Origin: Octopus sinensis | Taxonomy: Eukaryota | Assembly (NCBI RefSeq): GCF_006345805.1 | Contig: NC_043005.1 | Coordinates: 103,230,001-103,294,000, forward strand | Length of the DNA: 64,000 bases | Direction: 5' to 3' | Shown: in pieces, positions 28,231 to 42,495 of the stretch | Position numbering within the stretch: the stretch's first letter is position 1 | Layout: the number at the start of each line of letters is the position of its first letter | The notes under the pieces: generated by a model | What the model saw: only the letters and a program-made list of their open reading frames with translations | Database searches by the model: none | What the model was told of the DNA's origin: nothing | Position numbers and translations under genes: made by a program

Positions 28231-28805
28231 CAGACATGCAGGAAATGAATAGACACCTTTAATTTTCAAAGTCTTTTATTTGATATTAATTGGTTGAAGG
28301 AGAGGTTTTCTTGTAGCTGCTCGTCCATAATATCCAGCCTCATGCAGATATGTAACACACGTTCTTGGACTAACTTCTAGCTGTTTTGCAATGTCAGAAG
28401 CATTCGAACGGGGTTCGTTTTCCACAATTCTCTTCAAACAGCGAAGCTTTCTTTCTGTGGGCCCAGGTCGGCTGGGACGAGAATCTGTTGATTCTTTTCT
28501 TTGGCTTTTGAATTGCACTATAATTATATTAACACTAGCAAGAGGAATTTGAAGATCTTCGGCAGTTTTTCACTGGCTAACACCAGCCTCAGTTTGCCCA
28601 ACAGTACAACCTCTTTATAAAATTTGACAGTTCTGCTGAAATTTTTGTGCATGGCAGGGTTACTCTTCGCAAATATTTAACATAATGGCATCTGGAATGA
28701 AAATGCGTAATTACATTGTAAATTCTACACGACTGAAAACATATTAAGACGCTTAGATCAGAAATGTTGAAAATTAAAGGTGTCTATTTACTCCCTGCTT
28801 GTCTG
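28231..28805 (-). mobile_element. Internally deleted Tc1-like transposon
   Basis: ~39-bp TIRs (CAGAC..AATAGACACCTTTAATTTTCAA); ORF 28276-28518 encodes a Tc1 HTH segment (IAKQLEVSPRT..YGRAATRKPLL). Confidence 0.85.
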
Positions 28806-28974
28806 TAGATATATATATTGTGTGTGTGTGTGGTGTGTGTGTGTGTGTGTGTGTGTGCGTGTGTGCGTGCGTGTGTGCGTGCATGTGTGTGTTGCACACT
28901 TCTTACCACATTAAGAGTTTTTATGTGTGTGTGTGCGAGCATGAAATGATGTAAATCTGTGGAATTGTATTATT

Positions 28975-29445
28975 TGTTTGAAATTTTGGCACAGCTTAGC
29001 AAGATATTTTGTTGGGTGGAGAGTAAGTCGATTACATGAACCCCAGTGCCCAAGTGATACTTATTTTATCGACAACTAAAGGAAGAAAGGAGAAGTCGAC
29101 CTCAAGGAAATTTGAACTCAGAATCTAAAAACAGACAGAACGCCGCTAAACTTTTGTCCGGCGTGGTTAACGATTCTGCCAACTCACTGCCCTACGTGTG
29201 GAAATGTAATATTAAGCAGACGTAAGGTGGCTAACTGGCAGAATCGCTAAGCACACCAGTGTTAAAATGCTTAGCGGTATTTCGTCCGTTTATAGTTTCT
29301 GAGTTCAAATTCCGCTGATATCCACTTGGCCTTTTATACTTTCGGGATCGATAAATCAACTACCATTTCAACACTGTTTTCAATGTAATCGATCTGCCCA
29401 CGCCTTCGAAGTTTCTGACTTTGTGCCAAAATTTCAAATCAATTT
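28975..29445. mobile_element. Head-to-head pair of SINE family C copies (28975-29191 minus; 29226-29445 plus)
   Basis: Family C blocks in opposite orientation, ~35 bp apart. Confidence 0.75.
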
Positions 29446-30985
29446 TAAGCAGATGTGGGTATCGGCTTCAGATATGATTATGCCCATAGCCTATAGGATG
29501 TGAAGTATCATGATAAGGCAGGTTGAAGTCAAATTGATAACTCACTCCTGAAATTGGAAATTGACCCATATTTCACCTCTGTTTATATTTACTATTCTTG
29601 TTTACACTTAAGAGTTTATCTGTTTCAGTCGCTCCTTATTATTGTGTAGCACTGCTTGCAATAATTCTTATAATTATATTTGTATTATTTCTACATATTC
29701 CTTAGCACATTGTAAGCGTGACAACTTACAATTGTTTCCAAATTAAATATATAACATGAAAACATATAAAATACATAAATTACGGAAGTATACCTTCTTC
29801 CAAAATGGTTATGGAATTATTTTATATCGTGCATCAACTTATAAAGGTGTAATTTTTGATTTCCCAATAAATGGTGCTATTTCCTTTATCACACTTCTGT
29901 TGGAATACTATTTGCCATTTGTTTCATCATATAGCATGTATATGTTGTTTTTCCATTTCTGTATATCATTTCCGGGAAGAAGAATATTCAAAAAAAGCTT
30001 CCATTGAAATATTTATAACACAATATGTGTATTAAATAAATAAAGTCCCTTTAATAAATCATTGTCTGACAATACAGTGAACAGTTAAAATCATTTACAG
30101 TTAACACTGATTGTAAGTCGATAGATATGGAAATTGCTAGTTAAATACAAATGCATTGTCGGAGGAATAGCAAGAACAATACAAAAAGTCACTTTTACAT
30201 AATAAAATTTCAAAGTCATTGTAAGGGCCTGTAGCACTTACATGAAAATCGTGTTCACGATCTTAAGGTTCGATTCCTGCACCAGGTGGTATGTTCTGTC
30301 TTGAAGAAAGTCTTGTCATTTTAAGTGGCTTTAGTTTAGCAGCTAAACTGTAGCTGAACATTTCTGTCTGCAATCTCTATCTCTTTCTGCAGCTGTCACA
30401 TCCTTTGGAAAGAGTACGGGCCTGCAAAGCCGAAAACGGCTGCACTTTAAACCATGTCGTTTTTCATATGTGATATAGTGGTGTTGCAAAATTTGACTTG
30501 TGCATATCAATTTCCATTATGCAATTTATGTTGTATTAAAATTTCATGCATTTATTTGTAGATTTAAGGAAGTTATTGAAGGCTGAAACCTATCAGTCAC
30601 TTTTCGGACACCCTGTATATACCTGCTAATGTGTATCGATATAAATATGTACATACATGACCACAGTTGATGCTGTCAAAGCTCCAACATTCTACTGCGT
30701 TGAAATACTAACTTTTTCATTAAGGAAAAAAATTTTAGAAATAATTCTGTTGTGTCTGGGGAGAGTCATTTTCTTTTTGTGCCTTATAATGTGACACACT
30801 CACCGGTAAAATTAGAAATAAAATCAGACGAATATACATGCATATATGCAGCACTTGCACTATTCTTCCTGTAACCATTGAATTTGCTATCTAAGCACAC
30901 TTTTTTACAAGTACACAGAATTCTAAATCTGTTTCAAATTAGCATCATCCCCATCAATTTCCATAGATATGGAGAAACTGCTCAC

Positions 30986-31026
30986 TTTCTTGATATCCTC
31001 ACGTTGCCTTACAAACAGCACAAACA
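30986..31026 (-). CDS. Candidate 41-nt exon (xFVLFVRQREDIKK)
   Basis: GCTTCATTAG acceptor and AAA|GTGAGC donor; phase-compatible with 40778-40815; no homology recognised. Confidence 0.22.
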
Positions 31027-31949
31027 CTAATGAAGCAATTACGAAACCTCAACGTGACTATTCGAACGGATGAAATTATTTAAATTCCACGGTATTTTCT
31101 TAGAGACAGAACAACTAGGTGAGTTTTCCTCAACAGACACCATCTAAAAACAAACAAATGATCAGTTAAGGAACGGCTCTGATCAAACGTCAGCTGGATC
31201 AAGATAGTTTTGGGGAAAGAGGGTAACAACAGACCAAGAACAACGCAAGGAAGAAGCACCAACCTAATAACTCGATTTGCTAGAAATAGCAGCAAAAATT
31301 ACTTACATAGCACACTGACACCTTATAAAAGTAAGATAATTCAGATTACGTAGATATAAATACACTATCCCCGAAAATGTGTTTGGGGAGATGGTCATGG
31401 CTAGGAAGCATTTAAATATAAGTCTCCTGGATCAGTTAACGTAAATATGTAGATTTAGACTCTACTAAATAACAATATATTTATATAAAGATTCTTCAAT
31501 TGAATAAAGTGAGATATTTCATAGGAAAATACTTCAAATCACATTGTATAGTTTTCCTCCATCTATTTATAATGTATTTTATATACCTTTTTAAACTTTA
31601 ATTACAAAATATTTCCAACAACCCCACCTTATTTCTCATTCCATCGTCTGTGTAATTACATGTTCCTATATGACGGTGTAAACGCTTTGTGAAGCATACA
31701 TGCTACGGATTCAAACTACGGTATGAGTGTGAGAGCGGTCGTCCATCTGTGTGTTTTAGTAATTTGGTGTGTGTATTTGCGTGTAGAGAGATATGTGACT
31801 GTAAAACTTCATAAATTTGGTTTCTCTTTTACTAATGCACTTGATAAACCGAGACACAATTTTAACTGTTAATAAACAATGATTATAGATGCATGCACGC
31901 TCACACACATACACACGCAGACACACATATGATATATATATATATAGAT

Positions 31950-31980
<31 letters not shown>

Positions 31981-32117
31981 GGAATGTATATGTAATATAT
32001 TGTATATATATATATATTGATATACGTGTGCATACATGCATATATATATATACACATACAAATATATATATATAATATACATATATATACAAATATTTAT
32101 GTATATGTGTATATACG

Positions 32118-32161
<44 letters not shown>

Positions 32162-32260
32162 TATGTATGTATATATATATACATATACATATACATATAC
32201 ATATATATATATATAGATATATAGATATATATATATATATATATAGATAGATAGATAGAT

Positions 32261-32302
<42 letters not shown>

Positions 32303-32501
32303 TATATACACACATATACACACACGTACTTACCTGTATTATATATAACGGATTCTATAATGGTGTGTGTTTCGATCACATTGTTCTCGAATATTTTAGC
32401 AGACCACTTCAGAATCTCCAGCGTCCAAGCCAATTAATCAACTCTTGTCACAGAAACAAGAAAATACAAGTGGGAGAGAGATAGCAAGAGAGAAAAAATG
32501 G

Positions 32502-32532
<31 letters not shown>

Positions 32533-33149
32533 AGAGCTACAGAGTAGTTGGCAGAAGAATTAAGACGTAATGATAACGATAAAGGAGGGAGCTCTGATGG
32601 AGACGGAGAGACAGATGAAGACTAGAGAGAGGGGGGAAGGAGAAAGGGTGGAGTGAGAGTGGGGAATAAACAGACAGGCAGAAAAACAGACAGGCAGACA
32701 GACAGACAGACTGAAGTGCAGACTAATGATACGTTAGCTTTGCCTGTAATTATATCGTCAACTATCAATGAAAACAACTTGCAAGCGTTTATATAAATAT
32801 ACGCCATCATACATACTTTCGTACGCGTATATATGTGACTATACAGACACATGTACACCAACACACACACACACGCCAATACACACAAACATATGTATGT
32901 AAATGTATGGGTTTGTATATAAGTGTATGTATGTACGTACATAAGCTCTGATACAGAAACAAAAACGGTGTGTGTGTCTGTGCATGTGTGTGTGTATATG
33001 TGTGAGTGTGTGTGTGTGTTTGTGTGTGTGTATATGTGCGTGCGCGTGTATATGTGTGTGTGTGTGTGTGAGTGAGTGTGTATACTTAAGTGCAAGCATG
33101 TGTACATGACAATATTGATTATAAATTTTAACACATGACAAGCAATTTT

Positions 33150-33310
33150 CGGTGAGGCGAGTGAGTCGATTACATCAATCCCAGTGTTCAACTGGTATTT
33201 ATTTTATCGACCCCGAAAAGATAAAAAGCAAAGTCGACCTCGGCGGAATTTGAACTCAGTGCCAGAAGAAATGACGGTATACAATTTTTGCAGCACGTAA
33301 ACGATCAGAC
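33150..33310 (-). mobile_element. SINE family C fragment
   Basis: GTCGATTACATC..TTATCGACCCCGAAAAG..AAAGTCGACCTCGGCGGAATTTGAACTC. Confidence 0.75.
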
Positions 33311-33329
33311 GGATCATTTCCTCAATAAT

Positions 33330-34590
33330 AATGATAATACTAATGTTTTCTTTAGCCACGATTAAGGGTTTACAATAAAGAAACCTTTGAAATGGTAAAG
33401 GAGAAATCCATGTGAGGTTACTTATGTAGAAGGGTGTAAGCAGTAAAAAACGATTGTAATATACATTTCAACAACCAAAAATTCCTCAAAAGCGAGAGAC
33501 TTGCTAAAAATTCTAATGGAAGCCACATAAAACATCGGTGGCTCTGACTACTAGAGCGAGTGCCCTCTCCATATGGGTCTCCTTCAATCTACAGGCGAAT
33601 GCTTAGAGTAGGCCCGTTCAATCGAACCATTCTTGCCACATCCATCCAGCTTCCAATAAAATTTCTGAGAGCAGTTCTTCCCTCTGTGACCCTCATATAC
33701 TTTTTCAAATGTAACTTGAAAGCTTTGATGTGGGCTTGGCTGCGAGGATTTAGGAAAAACCTCGCAGCCAAGCCCACATCAAAGCACCTCTTCTGAATTT
33801 CTAAATTTCCCTCTATTCTATTTCTTTGTATTGCTATTGCCTTACTAAACCTAATCTATTCTACTCTAATTTCCCTTTCAGATCAAACCATCATTTGCTG
33901 TTGAGGACTGACCCCGTTAAGACCCGCTTAACTGATCCTATGTTCTGGTGTCTATAAGTTTGGCATGCAGGGAGTGACGCGTTTAGATCCTTCTGGCCGG
34001 ATCCCTGCATACGATGCCTATCTAGGTCGACCGTGCAGATCACAAATTTGTGATCTGTGCAGCCGACCATTTTGAAAGCGGAAAATTTATGCTTTCCTTA
34101 TCTACTGGTCTACAGACTATTCTATCTGGATACGACCTAGGTGACCCGATGCGGTTCCTCCATGTCCACACTAGCACATTCAGGATATTCAGTCGTTACC
34201 TGCCAGACTCTTGAAGACGTCTGAGCAGATTTGTGAGGCATTTGCACACCCTCTTCTAACAGTTAGCTCTACATAATCTAGATGTCCTTTCAATATGGCG
34301 TTCTAGTCACCGGTTAACATTTAAGGTCGAGATGTTCCCCGGAAATCCTGCAGACGTCTGAATAAGTCTGGTTGTCCAGTCGCAGTCAAGGCTGGGAGGA
34401 CCAGTCTAAAAGCATCCACGTTACAATTGTTCACGTCCAGGATCCCCAATTTACCTTCTGAGCTCAGGAAGATGGCTCTCATCTCCAGATTCAGTCCTCC
34501 CTGGAACAACACCGAAGTTTCAACCCCCTGTTCTCGGTTGGTATGGAGGTAAGTAAATCTTGTATCCACCAAAAATGACGTGAAAGCCTC
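33330..34590 (-). mobile_element. L1/Tx1-clade LINE with the RT domain deleted (APE remnant joined to ORF2 C-terminus and 3' UTR)
   Basis: Minus-strand APE remnants LEMRAIFL..DAFRLV, SYPDRIVCR and TDHKFVICTVDLD, then a GxxxLNASL-like segment; C-terminal KAFKLHLKK..WMDVARMVRLNGPTLSIRL* at 33589-33745; no RT between them. Confidence 0.8.
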
Positions 34591-34594
34591 ATTT

Positions 34595-35522
34595 TCTACC
34601 ATTCATAGGGCACCAATGACAGCAAGTATTCTTTCAATCTTCAGGTTCCACATTTTGCCAATTCTATTTCAAGATCTTTACACTTGCTCAGTTTTTAGTC
34701 GGTCTTGACAGACACATTTACGTCGATTGGAACAGACATGTCAATGAGGAGGCATGATTTTTGTCTGATGTCTTTCAATATAATGTCTGGCCTATTCACC
34801 TCTATCTTTCTGCCAGTTTCAGCAGTCACGTTCCAGAGGAGTGAGATGTGGTCATTTTCAAGCACTGGAGGTGGCTTTGTTCCCACCAGTTTTTATCATG
34901 GGGCAAGTCCAGGCTTCTGCAAATTACCCAGTGAATATTCTGTGCTGCCCTATCATGCCTGTTGAGATATTCCGTAGGCACATGGAGACAACATAATCAA
35001 TAGTTCCATTTTGTTGTTCGCATACACGACATTTGGGCTCCTGCCGTTCTTTAATATGATGGTCTGGTAGCTCCTTGTAGGTGGGCATTGATCTTGGCCT
35101 GCTACGATAAACCCTTCTCTTTCTGATTTTAAGCCAGAAGACAGTAACGATTGAAGGATAAGGGCTTTGTCAATATTGGCATTATTAGCTCACTTTGGGT
35201 ATTTGCTATTGAGAGGTTTTTTGGCATTTATCAGTAAGAATATCTAAGGCAGCAGTTTTAGCACCGGTTTTCGTACGCTTAGCTTTTTCTGTGCTAGTTT
35301 CCAGTATGTCTAATTCTGGGATTTGTTGCATTTGACATTCACTTAGATCTTCCTTTGCCTGTTTTGTTACTGAGAATGGTGCTTTCTTGTCTTCATGCAT
35401 TAACACAAGCTTTAACATCCAGTCAACAGCGATTTTCAGACAGGTATTTAAGCCAATTGTGGCAATCTTTATTGTTAATTTCAGTTGATGTTGCATGCTC
35501 CTTTGACCCATGAATAGTCAAG
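34595..35522 (-). mobile_element. R4/Dong-clade LINE 3' fragment, decayed
   Basis: SSGLKSEREGFIVAGQDQ, RHDRAAQNIHW and NRPDIILKD..LIDMSVP, paralogous to 13550-14500. Confidence 0.85.
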
Positions 35523-35595
35523 AAGAAAGTGGAAAGGATAGATAAATACAACCCTTTTAAGTGCGAAATAGTCTGGCTATAGAAAATGAAGATAA

Positions 35596-36425
<830 letters not shown>

Positions 36426-36676
36426 TGTCGATGCATTAATTTTTGGTAATGTGAGTGTTTTTTTTTAATATACCTTATTCAGTTCTTTTTGTCTGTGGGC
36501 GCGAAATCGATGATGCCTTGGGAGTACTGATCCCGTTGTTGATCTGGATTGTAACGTTTTTATTTAATGAGATGTTTGTAACATTGGTAGTATTTGTAAT
36601 GTTGAAAATGTTAGTAATTGTGCTGGTGTAATGTGCGTGGGTTTGTGATGGTTTCTTGGCTTTTGTGTCTCCTCTA

Positions 36677-37066
36677 ATTTCTTGTTTTTAGTCTTGTATT
36701 GTGCTTTTCATTTTGCAATTATTTCTTTTTCCATTCATCACGACACATTCTGATTGTTTTCCCAAAGCGTTTTCTTCGACAGACGAATTGTCGCAAGACA
36801 TAAAGTGCCTTGCTTAATAAATACAACCTGCTAATAATAATCATATTGTAGAATTATAATAAGTTAATCATTCCACTAATATGCTGTAATTATATGTAAT
36901 TATCAGTTTACGCTTGCAATTCTAATATGTCGGTAATATTACAGAAAATAAAAGTTAATAAATATGTTCATTCTACATTAAGTTTTAGGCTTATATAATC
37001 CATAATTCACACAAACAATTTTAATAAATTGGCAATAAAAAGAGAAATTATAGTTCGCAAGAAAAT
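36677..37066. repeat. Unclassified AT-rich segment with inverted local copies at 38768-38914 and 40015-40278
   Basis: Near-identical reverse complements found by direct comparison. Confidence 0.85.
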
Positions 37067-37249
37067 TAGATACATAGATACATACACACATTGTTAAATT
37101 AAAGGCGGAAGAAAGGAGGGACATAGAGGAAGTGAAAGAGAAAGAGAGAAAGTAAGAGACAATGGATACATAGATCCAAAGAAATGTCGATGCATAGAAA
37201 CGGCAAATTTTGGATGTCACTTTCACCTTTCATTTCCACACGAAAACAA

Positions 37250-38016
37250 AATTTAACTCGCAAGTGACTGAGTACTCCACAGATATGCATACCATTAAGA
37301 TAGTTCTCGGGGAAATTCACCCTCACACAAAATATGAGAAGGCTGGTCCCTTTCAATTACAGCCACAACTAAAATTGGGCAGTGCAGTGGACTGGAGCAA
37401 GATAAACCTTCAACTGGTTCGAAGTAAACGAAAAAAGATCCTATATAGGGACAGAAAAAAATCCTTTTTAGTCGTTAGGGTTACTTTGGATGCTAACTCG
37501 GTCCTAACAGCAGCATTTGTGGGTCTCACGGATCTGGAGGCCAATCTCCTTGATAAACACCGATGCGCATGCTGTTATCAAACTGAGCGTGAGTCGAGGG
37601 CGAATACACGACGGAATAGCAATTACTGCCTCTTAGCTTTCACTAAACACATGACATTTTTGCTTTATGATATGGAACATTTCTTCTCCGTTCACTCATT
37701 TAAAAAAATGGCGCTCTGTCGGTTACGTCGACGACGTTCATGTTTATCTGATCAACGAAAAATCTGCTCGTAAAATTGATTCGCAAGTGGCTGAGTACTC
37801 CACAGACATACATACCATAAGGTAGTTCTCAGCGAGATTCAGCGTCACACAGAATGTGACAAGGCTGGCCCCTTTGAATTACCGCTACAGCTTCTTTTTT
37901 CCCAGCTGAGTGGACTGCAGCAAGGTGAAGTAGAGTACCTCGCTCAAAAACACAGCGCGCCACAGAGAATCGTACTCATGATTTTACGATCGTGGGCCAA
38001 ATATCCCTAACCACTG
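37250..38016 (-). mobile_element. Two SINE family A copies (37250-37400 partial; 37712-38016 near full)
   Basis: GCAAGTG.CTGAGTACTCCACAGA..AAGGCTGG.CCCTTT..AGTGGACTG, reverse complement of family A. Confidence 0.75.
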
Positions 38017-38023
38017 AACCACG

Positions 38024-38147
<124 letters not shown>

Positions 38148-38160
38148 GTTATTATTATTA

Positions 38161-38497
38161 GTGAGTGAGAGAGCAGTGCATGCCATCAAAGTGACACTGT
38201 GGTAGAAGTATACGAAGGCCAATACACCCATCAAAACTACCCGTCTGCTAAGGATATACCAAGCATATGAGTCACAACCCTGTGTGCGCGACATGGTGAT
38301 CTCATATCAAGATAAACAGCGCATGACATTGCAGATGAGGCCCAATTAGAATTTTCTTCACATCGAGTAGCCCATCCCGCTCAAAAGGTCCCTGAATAAA
38401 GGTTGTTTAAGGATGTTGAACGAAACACCCGTGTTTCCAAAGGTGCATTATCAAAACCCCAAAGAATTCCTCTCAATACATGGCTATGAGGATCCCC
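38161..38497. mobile_element. 337-bp unclassified element bounded on both sides by (ATT)n
   Basis: Sharp junctions with (ATT)n arrays at both ends; more GC-rich than its flanks; single copy in the window. Confidence 0.45.
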
Positions 38498-38542
<45 letters not shown>

Positions 38543-38567
38543 CATCATTTTTGTTATTACAATTAAA

Positions 38568-39620
38568 GGCGGCGAGCTGGCAGAAACGTTAGCACGCCGG
38601 GCGAAATGCGTAGCCGTATTTCGTCTGCCGTTACGTTCTGAGTTCAAATTCCGCCGAGGTCGACTTTGCCTTTCATCCTTTCGGGGTCGATAAGTTTAGT
38701 ACCAGTTACGCACTGGAGTTGATGTAATCGACTTAATCCGTTTGTATGTCCTTGTTTGTCTCCTCTATATTTATTAAGCAAGGCACTTTATCTATTGCGA
38801 CAACTCGTCTGTCGAAGAAAACGCTTTGGGAAAACAATCAGAATGTGTCGTGATGAATGGAAAAAGAAATAATTGCAAAATTAAAAGCACAATACAAGAC
38901 TAAAAACAAGAAATCCCTTTGTCTGTCCTTGTTTGTCCCCTCTATGTTTAGCTCCTTGTGGGTAGTAAAGAAATAGGTATTTTGTCTGTCTTTAAGCTCT
39001 GAGTTCAAATTCCACCGAGGTCGACTTTGCCTTTCATCCTTCCGGGGTCGATAAATTTAGTACCAGTTACGCACTGGGGTTGATGTAATCGACCTAATCC
39101 GTTTGTCTGTCCTTGTTTGTCCCCTCTGTGTTTAGCCCCTGGTGGGCAATAAAGAAATAAGAAACGTTAGCACTCTGGACGAAATGCTTAGCGGTATTTC
39201 GCCCGTTACTACGTTTTGAGTCCAAATTTCACCGAGGTTGACTTCGCTTTTCATCCTTTCGGGGTCGATAAATGAAGTACCAGTGAAGTACTGAGGTTGG
39301 TGTAATCGACTATCCCCCTCCCTCAAATTTTAGGTCTAGTACCTATTGTAGAAATGATTCTACTTATTATTATTTTTATTATTAGTAGTAGTAGCAGTGT
39401 TGCTTCTAAACCGTTGAACAGGCAGAATCGTTCGCATATCGAGCAAACTGCTTAGTGGCACATCATCTGCCTTCATGTTATGAGTCCAAATTCTGCAGAG
39501 GTCGACTTTGCTTTCCAGCCTTTCGGCGTTGGTAAAATAAATACCAGTTAAGTATTGGGGTCGATTTAAGCGACAGTCCCCCCTCCCTCCAAATTTCAGA
39601 CCTTGTGCCTATAGTAGAAG
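38568..39620 (+). mobile_element. Tandem array of about four SINE family C units
   Basis: Repeated TGAGTTCAAATTCC.CCGAGGTCGACTTTGCCTTTCATCC at ~38640, 39000, 39215 and 39480. Confidence 0.85.
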
Positions 39621-40777
39621 CGATATATGTTTCGGCTCTACATTCTGAATTTAAATCAAACGGTAGTGATCTTTATTATTCATCCTTCCAGAATCGGTAA
39701 ATAAAAGTACCATCCAAGCACTGAGATTGATGGTGATGACTATCTTATTCCCATCAAAGTTGCTAGCCTTGTGTCTAAAAATAGAAGACTTTATTACTCC
39801 TTGCTCTCAGAATTTTACAATCTGATTATAATTAAAACATGATAGGCTTAATTTATAAGGAATATTTCAAGCTCAGTAATACACATGAATCATACACAAA
39901 CATTAATTTGTATTAACTGTTATATGCTATCCTGTTTATTTTTGAAATATAATTAAAGGAAATTTATTTATTGTGAAATTTATGAGATGGTTATTTTTAT
40001 TTGTACAGATTTATATTTTCTGAACTATAATTTCTCTTTTTATTGCCAATTTATTAAAATTGTTTGTGTGAACTATGGATTATATAAACCAAAAACTTAA
40101 TGTAGAATGAACATATTTATTAACTTTTATTTTCTGTAATATTACCGACATATTAGAATTGCAAGCGTAAACTGATAATTACATATAATTATAACATAAT
40201 AGTGGATTGATTAACTTATTATAATTCTACAATATGATAATTACTAGCAGGTTGTATTTATTCAGCAAAGCACTTTATCTCTTAAATTAAATTAATCTAC
40301 TATATTAATAATGCACATATTTGCCTCGGAATATTTTCTTACCAAAGATTTGATAATCTAAATGTTGTATCCACGAAATATACATTGACAAAGTGGTTGT
40401 AGAGAAAACGATCAAATTTTTAACGAATGAATTTTCAAATTAGTTAAAGATTCCTTCATGAAAATATAAATTGATGTTTAAAGGATATCAATTTGTTACA
40501 TAATAATGTGGAAGCAAAATTCTATTTTAAAAGGATATCAGTAAATATTTGGGATGGGTACTTGTAATGCTAAGGTACAACTAATGTAATAATGATGCCT
40601 ATTCTAGTCGGTAATGAACTGAAAGCTTTATTATCTGTTTATGAAATAACGAAATGTTTTTTTCGAAGGAATTATTCTTTCTTCAATGTTCTGTACTTGT
40701 CCTTGCGGCGAGTTATCGCCTGCTTTTCTTCTTAACTTGTTGACTGCTGAAGCCAGTGTCATACTTGTAAAACTTAC

Positions 40778-40815
40778 ATTTTACTGAATCCGCAATAAGA
40801 TCCGCAGCTGCATGG
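40778..40815 (-). CDS. Candidate 38-nt exon (xHAAADLIADSVKx or PCSCGSYCGFSK)
   Basis: Strong acceptor TTCTTTTATTTCTTATTCCTTTCAG and donor AAT|GTAAGT; two frames open; unique CpG-containing sequence. Confidence 0.35.
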
Positions 40816-41125
40816 CTGAAAGGAATAAGAAATAAAAGAACTTCAATTCCAAATGGGTGAGAAACATAAGAGCAAAGCAACCCTTTGCTGATTCATTTAA
40901 ACAGATATTACATAACACAAACGTTTCAATATTTAATAAATTTTGAAAATATAACCATACAAATGCCTTCTTCTCAGAATGAAAGTGAGAAGGGATCATC
41001 TACTACTTTGATGACACCAAAACAGCTACAACACAGGCAGGTGATCACTATAGCTGCAAAAACAACAGTAACACTAGTAGCAATAACGGTCATAGCAGCA
41101 CCAACAGTAGTAGCAACAACAGCAG

Positions 41126-41489
41126 GAGGCGCAATGGCCCAGTGGTTAGGGCAGCGGACTCGTGATCAGAGGATCGCGGTTTCGATTCCCAAACCGGGCG
41201 TTGTGTTTATTGAGCTAAAACACCTAAAACTCCATGAGGCTCCGGCAGGGGGTGGTGACGACCCCTGTTGTACTTTTTCGTCCCAATTTTCTCTCACTCT
41301 TTCTTCCTGTTTCTTGTCCCCGACTTCCTACGCAATCGCTGAGCCTAGATGCGCATTCATCCATCAGTCGATGCGCTCGGTGTAGGGGGTTGACCTGTTT
41401 TCTCTTCTGCGGGTCTTACGAATAGCAAAGGACCACGTTTCAACCTTCTCCCATCTTGCGAGCTCTGGGACGAAGACCGTTCGCTTAAC
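41126..41489 (+). mobile_element. tRNA-derived SINE family D with 14-bp TSD
   Basis: A box TGGCCCAGTGG, B box GGTTTCGATTCC; AGCAACAACAGCAG at 41112-41125 and 41490-41503. Confidence 0.85.
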
Positions 41490-41676
41490 AGCAACAACAG
41501 CAGTAACCCATAATAGGCCAGGTGGAAGTTGGTGCCATCTGGTAAATTTGTGATATTCAGAATTGCTTCAAAATATTTGTTATCCATTTCTACCCAAACT
41601 CTAAGGCTTGCCCAAAACAGTTTTGCTTGTGCAGTTTCTGCACCTGTAGGATGTTTGTTTTGTTCTCTGTGTTCAG

Positions 41677-41717
41677 GAAGGCAGCTGCCGCCAACCAGCA
41701 GATGTCTATTTCTGGTG
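41677..41717 (+). CDS. Candidate 41-nt exon
   Basis: TTGTTTTGTTCTCTGTGTTCAG acceptor and GTG|GTATGT donor; all frames open; may instead be a decayed transposon remnant. Confidence 0.2.
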
Positions 41718-42194
41718 GTATGTCACTTATTTTTATTTTTGCCAATGTACGACTCAGGTATTTGGTACAAGAAGGAGGTCCTCATTTTCTAAGGACAAAG
41801 TGGAATGCTTCCTTTTCTCCTCCTTTGTAAAAAAGCTCACCCCTACTGTGCCATATATTTCCCCCTTGCAACGTAGGCTTTAGTGTCCCACATTTGACTT
41901 AAACATTTTTAAAAAATTGTTGTGTTGTTAGTTCCAATCAACGACTTTGAACACCTATTGTTTTACAAGTCATAGTTTTTCTCAGTGTGTCCTGCACAAT
42001 GTCATCAGGAGTCTTAAGGGTCACCCTTCTTCCATCTTATAATAATTCTGCTTTTTATTACGTTACTTAGCCCGTCAGTAACGCTTTCACGTGTTTAGAG
42101 AAAAAGAGGGAGAAAGAAAACAGGGAGTGGTGGTGATGGTGAGTGCACAGCGAAAAGTAATTTTCTTCTAATTCAACTATGCATTTTATATCAC

Positions 42195-42495
42195 CAAATA
42201 CTTAACACATTTGCATCCCAAACTTGCCATTCACTTTAGAACGAAACCAGTTTCCCGTTCGCCTGTCATATGCAATGACTATGAATAAAGCACAAGGGCA
42301 GGCATTTGATAAAGTGGGGCTGTTCTAGCCTCAACGTATATTCGGCCATGGTCAGCAATATGCTGCATTCTCAAAAGCTCGCTCATTATCTGACGTGAGA
42401 GTTAAAGTTATCAACACTGACAAACAAAGGAAACGAAGAGGGCGAACTTATTAAAAGACCATAGTCTGTAAAGAAGTATTGGATTGAAAGTTGTA
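42195..42495 (+). mobile_element. Helitron PIF1-like helicase C-terminal fragment
   Basis: LPFTLERNQFPVRLSYAMTMNKAQGQAFDKVGLF*..HGQQYAAFSKARS..TIVCKEVL matches the Helitron helicase end motifs; in-frame stops. Confidence 0.85.

Noticed and set aside
32334-32440. Minus-strand exon-like unit with a strong GTAAGT donor
   Set aside because: Stops in all frames from the plausible acceptors; not in phase with the other candidates.
34040-34057. 18-bp palindrome GATCACAAATTTGTGATC
   Set aside because: It lies in the L1 APE coding motif TDHKFVI; no independent significance shown.
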